From positions 29,450,001 through 29,514,000 of the forward strand of contig OX597840.1 of assembly GCA_951406725.2 (NCBI GenBank): a DNA stretch of 64,000 nucleotides. The letters run 5' to 3'. Position 1 is the stretch's first letter. The number at the start of each line of letters is the position of its first letter. Position numbers and translations under genes: made by a program. Source of the stretch: Octopus vulgaris. Lineage: Eukaryota. The notes under the pieces are model-generated. The model saw only the letters and a list, made by a program, of their open reading frames with translations, did not search any database and was not told the origin of the DNA. This document shows, piece by piece, positions 63,193 to 64,000 of this stretch.

Positions 63193-63802
63193 CTTTATAT
63201 TTTCCAATAGTTTAATCAGGCACCAAATGCATTAAATAAGGTTTGTAATTGAAGCCTGTATTTGAAATATTCATAGAAGTTTCAAAACCATCTTGTGATA
63301 AAAATATATTAGAATTGGAATTTATACAAGTCTAGCCTTTCTACTTTCTATTAATAAAAGTTAAATAGTTCCAAATGATCGATAATCAATATTTTATATT
63401 GTACTATAGATTTTGAAGCTGAAGTTATCGCCCTTTTCCTTTTTGATCTGAATTTTTGGTTTAGAAACTGATAGCTTGTAATGTACGCAAAATTAAACAT
63501 TTGATTAATCTCTATGGAGGAAAAATATCATGTTGTTATATATTTAGACATGATGTGTGTGTGAGTGTGTGTGTGTGTGTGTGTGCGTGCACCTATGCAT
63601 GTGTGTGTGTGTGTGTGTGCGTGTGTGTGTGTACCATCATTGTTTTTACATAACTTTACCATGCTTGCCTGGACATTTGAAATGATGATGTTTTACACAC
63701 ACACACACACACAAACACACATATATATGATACTTATGTGTGTCTTTGTGTGTATATGTGTGTGCGCGTTTATGTGTATACATATATGTATATATATATA
63801 TG

Positions 63803-63862
<60 letters not shown>

Positions 63863-64000
63863 TAGATATATTTCTATGCATATATAGATATTTGTTTATA
63901 TATGTGTATATATATATAGAGAGAGAGATAGATAGATAATATATATATATATAAATATTATATATATATACATATAGATAGATAGATAATATATATATAT

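Overview
AT-rich eukaryotic intergenic or intronic DNA. The SINE and LINE-tail repertoire and the dense (TA)n/(CA)n/(AAT)n/(CAT)n microsatellites suggest an octopus/cephalopod genome (inference). No intact host protein-coding gene can be supported; almost all long ORFs in the track are microsatellite artefacts or transposon remnants. The window holds many tRNA-derived SINEs, RTE-type LINE 3' ends, Tc1/mariner, hAT and piggyBac-like remnants, and a head-to-tail Helitron cluster with a Pif1 helicase fragment. It also holds a complete non-autonomous LTR element (two ~615 bp LTRs, tRNA-Trp PBS, PPT, GTAC TSD) beside a diverged solo LTR, and two decayed Penelope-like (GIY-YIG) elements. The main signals are: (1) at least six distinct minimal type I hammerhead ribozyme motifs with palindromic stem III, most in short non-coding inserts between (TA)n tracts and several associated with long fold-back palindromes, suggesting a microsatellite-targeting, ribozyme-bearing Penelope-derived system; (2) a U6 snRNA retrocopy fused through its oligo-U end to a SINE/LINE 3' tail, resembling mammalian U6/L1 chimeras. 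Repeat boundaries were read by eye and are approximate unless junction motifs are quoted.
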